DNA of 64,000 bases from an uncultured candidatus Porisulfidus sp. GTDB taxonomy: Bacteria; Pseudomonadota; Gammaproteobacteria; Poriferisulfidales; Oxydemutatoraceae. The position numbers and the translations under genes are program-made. Below the pieces are notes generated by a model. The model did not search any database. It was not told the DNA's origin and worked only from the letters and a program-made list of their open reading frames with translations. The stretch lies in contig CBDAVG010000002.1 of NCBI GenBank assembly GCA_965200865.1, forward strand, positions 1,583,942 to 1,647,941, in the 5' to 3' direction. This document shows, piece by piece, positions 1 through 10,603 of this stretch. Within the stretch, counting starts at the first letter, position 1, and each line of letters begins with the position of its first letter.

Positions 1-855
1 AGGCAACTTGATGCCCTAAATCTAAACTATGAATTTGTAGAGGCAATTGACAAATATGATCTAAGTTGTAAGGCCGAGCGTGCAGTTATTGCCGATCAAC
101 TGGACATTAGTCAAACCAATATGGAGGCGTTATACGATTATCATTGTAACCAACTTGGACCCCTAGCTTGTTTATTAAGTCATGTTAAGGTTTATAATTT
201 AATCATAAACAACGATATTCCCTATACTTGTGTGTTAGAAGATGATGCCTGTCTATTGCCTGTTTTTACGAAGATACTCGTAGCCTCCCAGGAAATATCT
301 TGGGAGGTTTTAATGCTTTCTAGCCAATCATGGTTTATTCAACGAATAATATATGATTTGTACCATTACAAGTTTCGTAGTTTGTACAAACTACTATGCT
401 ATAAAAAATATTACCCAAAATTAACTTCCTATACCGTTCGCCTAATAATTTCAACAATTATTAAATTTGTTATACTGCCTAACAAAATAATTAAGAAAAT
501 GGCTGCAAAAGGTAAATATATTAGCAAACTACATTATGCAGCATCCTTGCTACTAGATATGGGACATGAGATAGGTGCGATCCCTGATAAAGATACTAAT
601 TCGTGGCGTAAAGTGGCTCCTAATTACTATTTCGCCCCCCTAGGAGGATTATGTTTGGCCTCATGCATGGCGTATATGCTGACAACATCAGCAGCAATTA
701 AATGGAAACAGGAGGCTATTTTGTCGTCAAGCATGCCTATAGATCGTATACCTGCTGCATTGTTCAAAAGAAAGTGCTTAAATCTTTATATTACTGTTCC
801 ACCCTGTGTCAGAGGCACACATCAATTTGAAATAAATTCTGCCAATTGTATCTAG
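1..855 (+). CDS. Glycosyltransferase family 25-like protein (5' end outside window)
   Basis: Frame 1 is open from base 1 (no stop before the ATG at 121) to TAG 853-855. Carries ACLLSHVKVYNLI...CVLEDDACL and later CMAYMLTTSAAIKW, which resemble GT25 (LPS glycosyltransferase) S-H / E-D-D / A-Y motifs. Confidence 0.55.
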   Translation, partial: RQLDALNLNYEFVEAIDKYDLSCKAERAVIADQLDISQTNMEALYDYHCNQLGPLACLLSHVKVYNLIINNDIPYTCVLEDDACLLPVFTKILVASQEISWEVLMLSSQSWFIQRIIYDLYHYKFRSLYKLLCYKKYYPKLTSYTVRLIISTIIKFVILPNKIIKKMAAKGKYISKLHYAASLLLDMGHEIGAIPDKDTNSWRKVAPNYYFAPLGGLCLASCMAYMLTTSAAIKWKQEAILSSSMPIDRIPAALFKRKCLNLYITVPPCVRGTHQFEINSANCI

Positions 856-876
856 GTGTATTGATAACCTAGAACT

Positions 877-1017
877 GGGGTTGTTGAAAAAGTATTTCAT
901 GCACCCGTAAGGGGTAATTGTCTAGTGCAGAACCACCACAACCACCCCGTCAGGCTGCGCCTGCCACCCCTCCAAAGGAGGGGAATGTACTAATGCAGAC
1001 ACTTTTTCAACAGCCCT
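877..1017. repeat. MITE-like mosaic repeat, cluster C1
   Basis: Bounded by inverted termini GGGGTTGTTGAAAAAGT (877-893) and ACTTTTTCAACAGCCC (1001-1016). Contains the CCCCTCC-AAA-GGAGGGG hairpin (967-983). The same modules recur at six other sites in the window. Confidence 0.8.
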
Positions 1018-1062
1018 ATTTCATTTGATAGAATAGACATCTTATTATTCACATTTAATTTT

Positions 1063-1944
1063 ATGACACCTAAAGCAAATACGATTCAGGGCATGTTGTT
1101 ATGCTTACAGCATTATTGGGCAGAACAGGGTTGCGCATTATTACAAGCCTGCGATCTGCCTATGGGAGCAGGCACATTCCATCCAGCAACTTTTCTGCGA
1201 GTGTTGGGCAGCGAACCTTGGCGGTGTGCCTATGTGCAGCCATGCCGACGTCCCGCAGATGGTCGTTACGGCGACAATCCTAATCGCTTGCAACATTATT
1301 ATCAGTTTCAAGTTATCCTAAAACCTTCACCACACGATATACAGCAGCTGTATCTAGATTCTCTAAGCGCATTAGGCATTGAAACTGATCGGGACGATAT
1401 TCGTTTCGTAGAGGATAATTGGGAGTCACCCACGCTAGGGGCTTGGGGTCTAGGTTGGGAGGTGTGGCTCAACGGCATGGAGATTGGGCAATTTACTTAC
1501 TTCCAACAAATGGGTGGGGTAGAATGTGCGCCAGTCACGGGCGAGATTACGTACGGCATAGAACGTCTAGCAATGAGCCTGCAACAAATAGATAATACTT
1601 TTGATTTGCTGTGGGCAGACTCCAAGCACTCACAGCTCCATTATCGTGATTTATTTCATCAAAATGAAAAACAACAATCGGCTTATAATTTTGACGAGGC
1701 AAATGTACCTCAATTGAAGCGACAATTTGACGAAAAAGAGCAAGAGTTTTTGCAGTTGATGGAAAAGGAGTTGGTGTTGCCTGCTTATGAGCAGGTCGTT
1801 ATAGCCTCTCATTTTTTCAACTTACTTGATGCTCGAGGGGCAATATCGGTAACCGAAAGACAACGTTATGTATTGAGAATCGGTAAGCTCGCATATCGGA
1901 TTGCCCAATATGTGAGCGAAAGCGAAACCAAGAATAAACAGTAA
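1063..1944 (+). CDS. glyQ: Glycine--tRNA ligase alpha subunit
   Basis: 293 aa. N-terminus [21 protein letters not shown]...GAGTFHP is typical GlyQ. Immediately followed by glyS. Confidence 0.97.
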   Translation: MTPKANTIQGMLLCLQHYWAEQGCALLQACDLPMGAGTFHPATFLRVLGSEPWRCAYVQPCRRPADGRYGDNPNRLQHYYQFQVILKPSPHDIQQLYLDSLSALGIETDRDDIRFVEDNWESPTLGAWGLGWEVWLNGMEIGQFTYFQQMGGVECAPVTGEITYGIERLAMSLQQIDNTFDLLWADSKHSQLHYRDLFHQNEKQQSAYNFDEANVPQLKRQFDEKEQEFLQLMEKELVLPAYEQVVIASHFFNLLDARGAISVTERQRYVLRIGKLAYRIAQYVSESETKNKQ

Positions 1945-1983
1945 CTGCTCACCTTATATAGAGGACCAAAATCATACAAGAAA

Positions 1984-4083
1984 ATGCAAAGACAAAATTT
2001 GCTTATAGAAATAGGCACCGAAGAACTGCCTCCTGACGGATTATTGGAATTGGGTGAAGCTTTTGTGCAAACCCTCAGCAAGCTATGCGGCGAAGCTGGC
2101 TTTGACAGCGAGCAAACACATTCTTTTGCAACGCCTCGCCGCATCGCCGCTCGATTAGATACTTTGCTCGAAACACAAGCAGACCGGATAATAAAGCGCA
2201 AAGGACCGCTCATAGAAAAAGCATACGATAAAGACGGAAATCCACTGCCGGCAGCGATTGGTTTTGCTAAATCATGCGAAGTAGAAATATCGGAACTGCA
2301 GATTATTGAAACTAAAGGCGAACAGCGTCTTTATGTTGAGAAGACTGTCAAAGGTCAAAACATAAAAGATTGTATTGCGTTGTTGTTAGAGCAAACACTC
2401 CAACAATTGCCGATGAGTAAGCGTATGCGATGGGGAGATACCGATTATGAATTCATACGCCCGATACATTGGGTGTTAGCTCTATACGGTGAACAGATAC
2501 TTGAATTGGAGGTAGCGGGCATCACATCTGGCAAGCATACTTATGGACACCGTTATCATTTTCCCAACGCTTTGAGCGTGCCGCATGCGGATGACTACGA
2601 AAGCCTGCTGGAACAGCAAGCTAAAGTTATTCCTTCATTCGAAAAACGCTTACAAAAAATAAGTTCGCAAATAGAAGATGCCGCACAACTCGGCAAAGTA
2701 CAAACAAACGAATATCTACTCAAACAGGTCACATCAATCGTTGAATGGCCGATTGCAGTTTCTGGTCGCTTTGACAAGTACTTTTTGAGTCTGCCGGCGA
2801 TAGTGATCAACAAGATACTGGAAAAAGACCAAAAATGCTTTACGGTTTTAGCCGAAGACGGTAATTTGGTACCGGAATTTATAGTGATAGCAAACATAGA
2901 AAGCACCGACCCCGATGCATTGCGCCACGGTTATGAGCGAGTAATAGAACCTAGACTTAAGGATGCGAATTTCTTTATCAGCCAAGATAGAAAACATCCA
3001 CTGGCACATTATGCAGATAGTCTTGATAAATTGGTTTTTCATCAACGATTAGGCAATCTAGCAGATAAGGTTGCGCGCATCACAAATATTTCCCTTGCCA
3101 TCGCACAATACCTATCCAAATCAGGTAGTGACTACGATTTTGATCAACACGACAAAGACGCAATTGAAAGAGCTACTTACTTTTGCAAGGCGGATCTCAG
3201 AACCAGCATTGTTTGCGAATATACTGAACTCGCCGGTTATATAGGTAGCTATTATGCGGAATGTGACGGCGAAACCTCAACGATATGTCGTGCAATAGAG
3301 CAGCATATAAAACCAGTGCGTGCCGGTGATTCTCTACCCAAAGAAAAAATCGCTATCGTGCTGGCGATTGCTGATAGACTCGACACCCTAGTCGGTATTT
3401 TTGGTGCCGGCGAATATCCAAGTGGTAGCCGCGACCCTTATGCGCTACGGCGCGCGAGTCTGGCATTAATACGCATCCTCACCGAATACCAACTGGATTT
3501 GGATTTGGCAATGTGGGTTGAACAGAGCCGACAGCAGTATAACGGAAAAGTCAAAGAGGAAGGTGTTGCACGATTGTTGGATTATTTGCAAGAGCGGCTC
3601 AAACATTATTTCATAGATTGTGGTTTTAGCAGCGATAGAGTAGATGCGGTCGCTACAGACCGGCCTTTGCATTGCCATGATATGCAACAACGTTTGCTCA
3701 AACTACAAAGTTTTATGCAAATGCCTGAAAGCGTTGAACTTGCCTCGGCAACTAAACGAATACGTAATATCCTAAAAAACAATCTTTCTAAAAATATCGG
3801 AGAATTTGATCCGGTAGCTTTATATGACGATGCAGAGCGTAGACTTTTTGAAGCATTTAATAAACGAAGCTCGCAAGTCCAGACCTTGATAGATCAGAAG
3901 GATTATTTAGAAGCACTAAAGATTTTGGCACAGCTGCGCGAACCTATAGACAACTTCTTTGATAAAGTGCTCGTTATGTCTAAAAACGAAGCCGAAAAAA
4001 ATAACCGCCTCGGATTGCTCTACCAAATAGATCGCTTGTTCATGCAGATTGTAGATTTCTCCAAACTTCAATTGGAGGAATAG
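1984..4083 (+). CDS. glyS: Glycine--tRNA ligase beta subunit
   Basis: 699 aa. LLIEIGTEELPP start and FATPRRIA motif. Conserved glyQ-glyS pairing. Confidence 0.97.
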   Translation: MQRQNLLIEIGTEELPPDGLLELGEAFVQTLSKLCGEAGFDSEQTHSFATPRRIAARLDTLLETQADRIIKRKGPLIEKAYDKDGNPLPAAIGFAKSCEVEISELQIIETKGEQRLYVEKTVKGQNIKDCIALLLEQTLQQLPMSKRMRWGDTDYEFIRPIHWVLALYGEQILELEVAGITSGKHTYGHRYHFPNALSVPHADDYESLLEQQAKVIPSFEKRLQKISSQIEDAAQLGKVQTNEYLLKQVTSIVEWPIAVSGRFDKYFLSLPAIVINKILEKDQKCFTVLAEDGNLVPEFIVIANIESTDPDALRHGYERVIEPRLKDANFFISQDRKHPLAHYADSLDKLVFHQRLGNLADKVARITNISLAIAQYLSKSGSDYDFDQHDKDAIERATYFCKADLRTSIVCEYTELAGYIGSYYAECDGETSTICRAIEQHIKPVRAGDSLPKEKIAIVLAIADRLDTLVGIFGAGEYPSGSRDPYALRRASLALIRILTEYQLDLDLAMWVEQSRQQYNGKVKEEGVARLLDYLQERLKHYFIDCGFSSDRVDAVATDRPLHCHDMQQRLLKLQSFMQMPESVELASATKRIRNILKNNLSKNIGEFDPVALYDDAERRLFEAFNKRSSQVQTLIDQKDYLEALKILAQLREPIDNFFDKVLVMSKNEAEKNNRLGLLYQIDRLFMQIVDFSKLQLEE

Positions 4084-4087
4084 TTCT

Positions 4088-4228
4088 ATGAAATTAATGC
4101 TACTCAATCTCTATGGTGTAATCAACAAAAACTCACCAGACTATGTTAAAACCTCTGAGGAATGGGTACCCATCAAAAGGATATTGCCTTGCGGAGGTTA
4201 CCAATCATTTTACGAAAAGCATAAATAA
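4088..4228 (+). pseudogene. gmhB: Relic of D,D-heptose 1,7-bisphosphate phosphatase (N-terminal 46 codons only)
   Basis: My own translation gives MKLMLLNLYGVINKNSPDYVKTSEEWVPIKRILPCGGYQSFYEKHK*. It resembles the GmhB N-terminus (MKL.ILDRDGVIN.dS..Y.ks.eEW.PIpg) but the catalytic DxD is replaced by N-L-Y and the rest is missing. gmhB follows glyS in many proteobacteria. Confidence 0.55.
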
Positions 4229-5172
4229 TGCAGTTGCTTCATAGCCTAGATAGCTTGGTCACATTCAAACAGCCTTGCGTTGCCACCATAGGTGCTTTTG
4301 ATGCCTTACACAGAGGACATCAAGCGATTATACGCAAGACACAAACCATAGCAAAAAATCATTGCTTGCCAGTGGTTGTGGTGATGTTTGAGCCATTGCC
4401 TGGCGAGTTCTTTGCAAACAAAGATACGCCACCAAAACGTATCTACACACTACGCAAGCGCATTGAGCTAGTACGGGAAATGGGTGTTGATTATCTAGTG
4501 TGTCTAAACTTCAACAAAACTTTAGCGAATTGGACGGCAGCTGAATTCGTTCAGGTTGTCATAGTTGATGGATTGCAGGCACGTCATTTAGTCGTAGGAG
4601 ACGATTTTCGTTTCGGTAAAAACAGAGAGGGAGATTATAATATGCTCTGCGATTATGGGAATCATTTCGGCTTTGAGCCTAGCCGTATAAATGCGGTGAC
4701 GGTCGGAAATGTGAGGGTTAGTAGCACTCGGATACGCGAATTGCTACTCGCCGGTGAGTTGGCACAGGCCAATCGTATGCTCGGAAATCCTTATAGTGTA
4801 ACAGGTCGCGTTCGCCTCGGCGATAGATTGGGTACACAATTAGGTTATCCCACTGCTAATTTGAGTTTTAGGAAACGCCAACCGCCGTTGCATGGTGTTT
4901 TTGCGGTTTCGGTAGAAATCCTAGGCATGAAACTTGAAGGTGTCTGCAATGCCGGTACGCGTCCTACCATAGGTGGCGAACAATACCGAATAGAGACTCA
5001 TATTTTTGATTTTGATAAAGATGTGTACGGAGAGCGTATGACCATTTACCCGCAACACTATCTCAGAGCCGAGCAGCGATACAACGATATAGAGCAACTT
5101 AAAAACGCTATATGCAAAGACATAAAAGTAGCAAAGGTATTTTTAGAAAGCGAAGCAAATAACGACACATAG
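4228..5172 (+). CDS. ribF: Bifunctional riboflavin kinase / FMN adenylyltransferase
   Basis: 314 aa. GAFDALHRGHQ and GDDFRFG motifs. Sits upstream of ileS as in the conserved operon. Confidence 0.95.
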   Translation: MQLLHSLDSLVTFKQPCVATIGAFDALHRGHQAIIRKTQTIAKNHCLPVVVVMFEPLPGEFFANKDTPPKRIYTLRKRIELVREMGVDYLVCLNFNKTLANWTAAEFVQVVIVDGLQARHLVVGDDFRFGKNREGDYNMLCDYGNHFGFEPSRINAVTVGNVRVSSTRIRELLLAGELAQANRMLGNPYSVTGRVRLGDRLGTQLGYPTANLSFRKRQPPLHGVFAVSVEILGMKLEGVCNAGTRPTIGGEQYRIETHIFDFDKDVYGERMTIYPQHYLRAEQRYNDIEQLKNAICKDIKVAKVFLESEANNDT

Positions 5173-5202
5173 ACACAATATATGAATAACTAAACATCAG
5201 CG

Positions 5203-7998
5203 ATGGGAGACTATAAAGACACATTGAATCTGCCGAAAACCGACTTCCCAATGCGCGCCAACTTGGCACAACGAGAACCGGAAATTTTGGCTTATTGGGA
5301 ATCGATAAAACTGTACGAGTTGATACGCTCGGATCGGCACGGACGCAAACAGTTCATCCTTCACGACGGCCCCCCCTATGCAAATGGGGACATCCATATC
5401 GGACATGCAGTCAATAAAACGCTAAAAGATATCATAGTCAAAAGTCGGTTGATGCAGGGACTTGACGTGCCTTATGTACCAGGGTGGGATTGTCACGGAC
5501 TACCTATAGAACAGCAAGTGGAAAAAAAATACGGTAAAGCCAAAACCGCACAAGACACCCAGTTGTTTAGAAAACGATGTAGGGAATATGCAGCCAGCCA
5601 AGTTGAAAAGCAACGGCAAGATTTTATACGCTTGGGCGTATTGGGTGATTGGCAAAATCCTTATCTCAGCATGGCGTTTGATACTGAAGCAGATATATTG
5701 AGAACATTAGGTGCATTGCTCACCAAAGGCTATCTGAATCAAGGACATAAACCCGTGCATTGGTGCTTGGAGTGTGCCTCGGCACTTGCCGAAGCGGAGG
5801 TTGAATATCACGACAAAATATCCAAAGCGGTTGATGTCACATTTGCAGTTCGGGACACAGAAGACTTAAACGAAAGGTTACAATTAGAAACCAACACCGC
5901 CTCTCACATAGTGATTTGGACGACCACACCTTGGACATTGCCTGCCAACCAAGCTGTTGCACTGCATCCGGAGTTGGATTATGTAGCTCTACTTCACGAC
6001 AATCAAATCTATATTGTTGCCGAAGGGCTTACCGAACAATGCTGCGAGCGTTACCAATGGAACCCCAAGTTGTTATGCACTTTCAAAGGCAAACGTTTAG
6101 AAGGCTTGCATCTCAAGCATCCTTTTTACGATTATACCGTCCCTATCGTCATGGGCACACATGTCACCTTAGAGGCCGGCACTGGTTGCGTACACATCGC
6201 ACCGGCACACGGGGTAGATGATTACATATTGGGGCAACGCTACGAGCTTCCTTGTCAAACACCGCTATTAGCCAATGCTGTATTCGCGCCTACGGCAGGA
6301 TTTTTAGCCAGCCATCATGTGCGCAAAAGCGACGCGTTGATCATTGAAAAACTCAATGAAAAGCGAAACTTACTACACAGTTGTGATTACAAACACAGTT
6401 ATCCTCACTGTTGGCGGCATAAAACTCCCATCATCTTTAGGGCAACACCACAATGGTTCATAAGTCTAAAAAATGATGGACTGTTGGATAAAGCATCTGC
6501 CGAATGCGATAGAGTGCACTGGACACCAGAGTGGGGACAAGCACGCATTAAAGGGATGTTGGGTTCTAGACCAGACTGGTGTGTGTCTAGGCAACGCTAT
6601 TGGGGTGTACCGATTGCAGTATTCGTACATAAACAATCCGGCAACTTGCATCCTCGTACTGCGGAAATCATAGAACATGTGGCACAAAAAATAGAACAAA
6701 CTGGTATAGAAGCATGGTTTGAATCTGGCTACAAAGAACTCTTGGGTAGTGATGCGAACGACTATAGAAAGGTTGAGGATGTATTGGATGTCTGGTTTGA
6801 TTCGGGTGCCACACACGCTTGCATCCTTGATAAACGCGACGAGTTGAGGCGACCCGCCGACCTCTATTTGGAAGGCTCAGATCAACATCGCGGATGGTTC
6901 CAATCGTCATTGCTCACCTCAGTTGCATACAACGGTAATACACCCTATCTCGGCGTGCTAACACATGGCTTTGTGGTAGACGAAAGCGGTCAGAAAATGT
7001 CTAAATCTAGAGGCAACGTAGTCTCACCTCAAAACGTCATCAAACAATACGGTGCTGATATTCTACGGCTGTGGGTCGCAGCAACTGACTCCAGTGGCGA
7101 AATGACCATATCTGATGAAATTCTAAAACGAATTGTAGATGCATATCGCCGTATCAGAAACACTGCCCGCTTTTTGTTGGCCAACTTGAACGATTTTAAT
7201 CCCGAGCAGGATCAAATAGATCCAAATTCTATGCTTGCATTGGATCGCTGGGCGGTTGCCATTAGTGCCGAATTACAACGCGAGATACAAAACGACTACC
7301 GAAACTATGCTTTTCATCGTTTGTACCATCGGCTACATAATTTTTGTAGCATACAAATGGGTGGTTTTTATTTAGATATTATCAAGGATCGTCTCTATAC
7401 GGTACACCCTCAGGCTTTGGCTAGACGTTCTGCACAAACCGCAATGTACCATATCATTCAAGCACTAGTAAGGTGGATTGCGCCGATTTTAAGTTTTACC
7501 GCAGAAGAAATATATAAATCGCTACCAGGGACCAAATTGAAAAGCGTTTTCTTATCCGAATGGTATGACGGCTTGTTCGATCTATCGGAAAATGAAGCTT
7601 TAAGCATGTCGCAATGGAATCGGGTACTAGATTTACGTGATGCTATCAATAAGCAAATAGAAAACATAAGACAAACTGGTGTCATAGGCTCCTCGCTGGA
7701 TGCCGAAATAAGACTCTATTGCGACGGCGATGATTACCAACTACTTAAACAGCTGGGTAAAGAACTTAAATTCTTGTTTATTACCTCGGCTGCCGAAGTT
7801 TATCCATCGGCACAAGCTCCTGACGATGCCGTACAAATCTCAGATCATATGCGTGTCTTTATATCGGCCAGCCGACATCCAAAATGTCCCCGTTGTTGGC
7901 AGCACTGTGACGATCTTGAGGGAGCCGACAATGGTATAATATGCGCACGTTGCATGTTGAATGTCAATGGCAAAGGTGAAAAGCGCACCTACTTATAA
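5203..7998 (+). CDS. ileS: Isoleucine--tRNA ligase
   Basis: 931 aa. Has HIGH (HIGHAV) and KMSKS motifs and the C-terminal CPRCW...CARC zinc cluster. Confidence 0.98.
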   Translation: MGDYKDTLNLPKTDFPMRANLAQREPEILAYWESIKLYELIRSDRHGRKQFILHDGPPYANGDIHIGHAVNKTLKDIIVKSRLMQGLDVPYVPGWDCHGLPIEQQVEKKYGKAKTAQDTQLFRKRCREYAASQVEKQRQDFIRLGVLGDWQNPYLSMAFDTEADILRTLGALLTKGYLNQGHKPVHWCLECASALAEAEVEYHDKISKAVDVTFAVRDTEDLNERLQLETNTASHIVIWTTTPWTLPANQAVALHPELDYVALLHDNQIYIVAEGLTEQCCERYQWNPKLLCTFKGKRLEGLHLKHPFYDYTVPIVMGTHVTLEAGTGCVHIAPAHGVDDYILGQRYELPCQTPLLANAVFAPTAGFLASHHVRKSDALIIEKLNEKRNLLHSCDYKHSYPHCWRHKTPIIFRATPQWFISLKNDGLLDKASAECDRVHWTPEWGQARIKGMLGSRPDWCVSRQRYWGVPIAVFVHKQSGNLHPRTAEIIEHVAQKIEQTGIEAWFESGYKELLGSDANDYRKVEDVLDVWFDSGATHACILDKRDELRRPADLYLEGSDQHRGWFQSSLLTSVAYNGNTPYLGVLTHGFVVDESGQKMSKSRGNVVSPQNVIKQYGADILRLWVAATDSSGEMTISDEILKRIVDAYRRIRNTARFLLANLNDFNPEQDQIDPNSMLALDRWAVAISAELQREIQNDYRNYAFHRLYHRLHNFCSIQMGGFYLDIIKDRLYTVHPQALARRSAQTAMYHIIQALVRWIAPILSFTAEEIYKSLPGTKLKSVFLSEWYDGLFDLSENEALSMSQWNRVLDLRDAINKQIENIRQTGVIGSSLDAEIRLYCDGDDYQLLKQLGKELKFLFITSAAEVYPSAQAPDDAVQISDHMRVFISASRHPKCPRCWQHCDDLEGADNGIICARCMLNVNGKGEKRTYL

Positions 7999-8003
7999 AT
8001 ATA

Positions 8004-10556
8004 ATGGAAAACACTCAAAGACTAATCACTGTCGCTTTCCTTATTTTGTTCCAGTTATTCGGAGGAGCGGTAAGCGCGGAAACATCACAATCCTCAAAGC
8101 CTAATATGATATTTATCATGGTGGATGATCTAGGCAAAAACATACTCTCTTTGCCTAGCATGAAAAATGTACTTAAGATGCCTAACCTTCAGCGGCTTGC
8201 TGCAGAAGGGGTAACATTCAAGAATGCTTATGCAACATACCTCTGTTTTTCTACACGCGTAAAGCTAGTAAGTGGAAGAGCTTCATTGAATACGGGAGCT
8301 TATGCAAATCAATTTCCCGATGGTAGTAGAAGTAAGCCATATTTTCACAGAGTTGTAAATCAAGGGCGTACTACAGGATTTTACAAATATTTTTATGGCG
8401 GTGATTCTAATATACACCCTTTTATAGACACTCAATATACATCTAGTTTTGCGCTACCGCTCAAGCACGCAGGTTATACAAACGCGATTGTCGGGAAATA
8501 GCATCTAAACGACTATGTTAAGCAACCTCGAATTTTCAGAACATTCGGTTTTGACCAATGGATGATGTCTAATAGCCACGTAGCCCCGGGTGCTTCAACT
8601 GATAAAGGGTATGTGGTTACCCCTACTAGATCTCATGCCGAAAAATTAGCCGACTTTGTTGTCAATTTCATCACCGAAAATAAAGACAAACCCTTCTTTG
8701 TCTACTATCCCATGCATTTAGTACATTCACCTTATGTAATACCATTCAATCCTATAGGACATCTAACACATACCGTGCTAGAGCGAAATATTGCCATGAT
8801 TGAATATGTAGATTTGATTATAGGCCGTTTAGTAGAAACATTAGAGACATTAAACATAAAGGATCAAACTATTATCTTCTTCTCAGGTGATAACGGCGAT
8901 GCTAATGAATATCGTGCTTTGTACGAACTTATTCAAGGTCCCGAAAAAAGCAAACAACAGCCTTTCTACGGTAAAGGTTCTCTATACGAAGGCGGTGTTA
9001 ATGTGCCTTTGATAGTCAGCGGTGGTCCGGTTGTAAAAAGAGGAAAAACCGAAGCTCTGGTAGATTTCACCGATATCTTACCCACACTTGCCGATCTTGC
9101 CGGTGTCTCCATTATTAGAAAAAATCAGGAAAATAATAGTGATTACAGAGGAATAGCCGATCAATATGTTTCCGTTGCTGGACTATACAAAGGAGACGGC
9201 TATTCCATAGCACCTTTTCTAACCGGACAAAGTGATGACACGCCACGGAAATGGGTGATGTTTTCGGGCTATGACAACATCGTAGTACGTAATAAAAAGT
9301 TTAAGCTATGGGCGAAAATAGTGGGTGACAAATATCAAGGATATAAACTCTATGATTTATACAACGACCCCTACGAACAAACCAATCTATACGACAGCAC
9401 AGACCAAACCATTCTTACAGCTAAGCAACAACTAAGCAAAATATTGGATGGTGTCCCCCGCCCCACACAAATAGACGAGTATTTTGATCCGGTAGATTGG
9501 AATTACGGCATGCTGTCTCATTGGTCTTTTAATCAACCAAAATTTCTAACAAATATAAATAAATTAGCCGATATCGAAAGTGGTTACGATGTGTACGACA
9601 CTAAAATCGTTTTTGACAAACAGGGAAAATTCGGACAAGCAATCAAAGCAAACCGTCTACAAGTTCCTTATTCTGAGGGGCTGTTTTATAACTTTACCAT
9701 TGGTGACAACGAGAGGCTTTTTAACCGACACAATAAAGGTATGTTCTATAAAGCAATCACAAAACTGATAGAAACGAATAAAACATTGATGGAATTTTCA
9801 GACTCTCTCTATACTAAGTGGTCTCCTCCTAGTGAATATCCTTCCAGAAAAGGAGACCGAGAGAAATTTCTCTCCAGCATGACCTTGTCAGCATGGGTGA
9901 AAGCTCCGAAACTCAAACAAGATGTTTATATTCTGAAGCAGCCGTATGCTAACAAAAAAGGTAGTTTAATAAGTTTTTCTATTACCGAAAATGCAACCGT
10001 TAATTTTGAATTGACCACAAATGATAAAACTCAAAAGTTAGAGAGCAAAACTTTAGACCAAACACTTTGGGGACAATGGATGCATATCGTAGCAACATGG
10101 GACGGACGCGACCAGTGCGGCGAAACCATACTTTATGTCAACGGTACGCGTGTTGCCCGAGCATGTTTGGGAAAACCTTTATCAGCAGACGACACCGACA
10201 ACCTGTTGCTGAGTGGCTTTGCTGAAGATCCGACGACCAATCATCCCCAAACATCAATAGACGATATTGCCATATGGCGGCAACCGTTGATGCCGATGCA
10301 AATAGAAGCATTGTATCGGCTTGGCAATCGTTTCTCTTATGATGCCTCGCAAGTTGACGCTTTGTTTAATACACCAGAGAATGATGGCATAACAAAAATC
10401 GGAGACCAAGTGTGGCATCGTGCGGCATTAGAAGAAACGACTGATACAGACCGTTTAGTGATTTTGGACCTTTCCGATGAAGTCAAAGTTCAATTCGGGG
10501 ATGTGATGGCAATCAAAACTATATCTCCCAAATCTGAACTCAGAGTTGAACAGTAA
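8004..10556 (+). pseudogene. Secreted sulfatase-LamG fusion, copy 1, interrupted by a single in-frame amber codon
   Basis: ORFs 8004-8501 and 8562-10556 are in the same frame with no other stop between them. TAG at 8499-8501 aligns with TGG (the Trp of GKWHLN) in copy 2. Signal peptide, DDLG, SGDNGD and the C-terminal LamG-like domain are all present. Confidence 0.8.
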
Positions 10557-10603
10557 TGCATTACAAAATGTAGGAAAAATTTTTTAGCTAATATGTGAGC
10601 TTA

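Noticed and set aside
1866-2213. Antisense or alternate-frame ORFs inside well-supported genes. Examples are 1866-2213, 2595-2906, 6466-6816, 17608-17886, 24894-25376, 26284-26715, 50020-50430, 53017-53439 and 57679-58011.
   Set aside because: Each lies wholly within a long conserved housekeeping gene on the other strand or in another frame. The peptides are low-complexity or Cys/Arg/Ser-rich with no recognisable motifs and no RBS, so they are shadow ORFs.
8499-8501. Programmed amber read-through or pyrrolysine decoding at the in-frame TAG of sulfatase copy 1.
   Set aside because: No pyl genes or PYLIS-like context are visible. The TAG replaces a conserved Trp codon by a single G to A change, so a simple nonsense mutation is the parsimonious reading.
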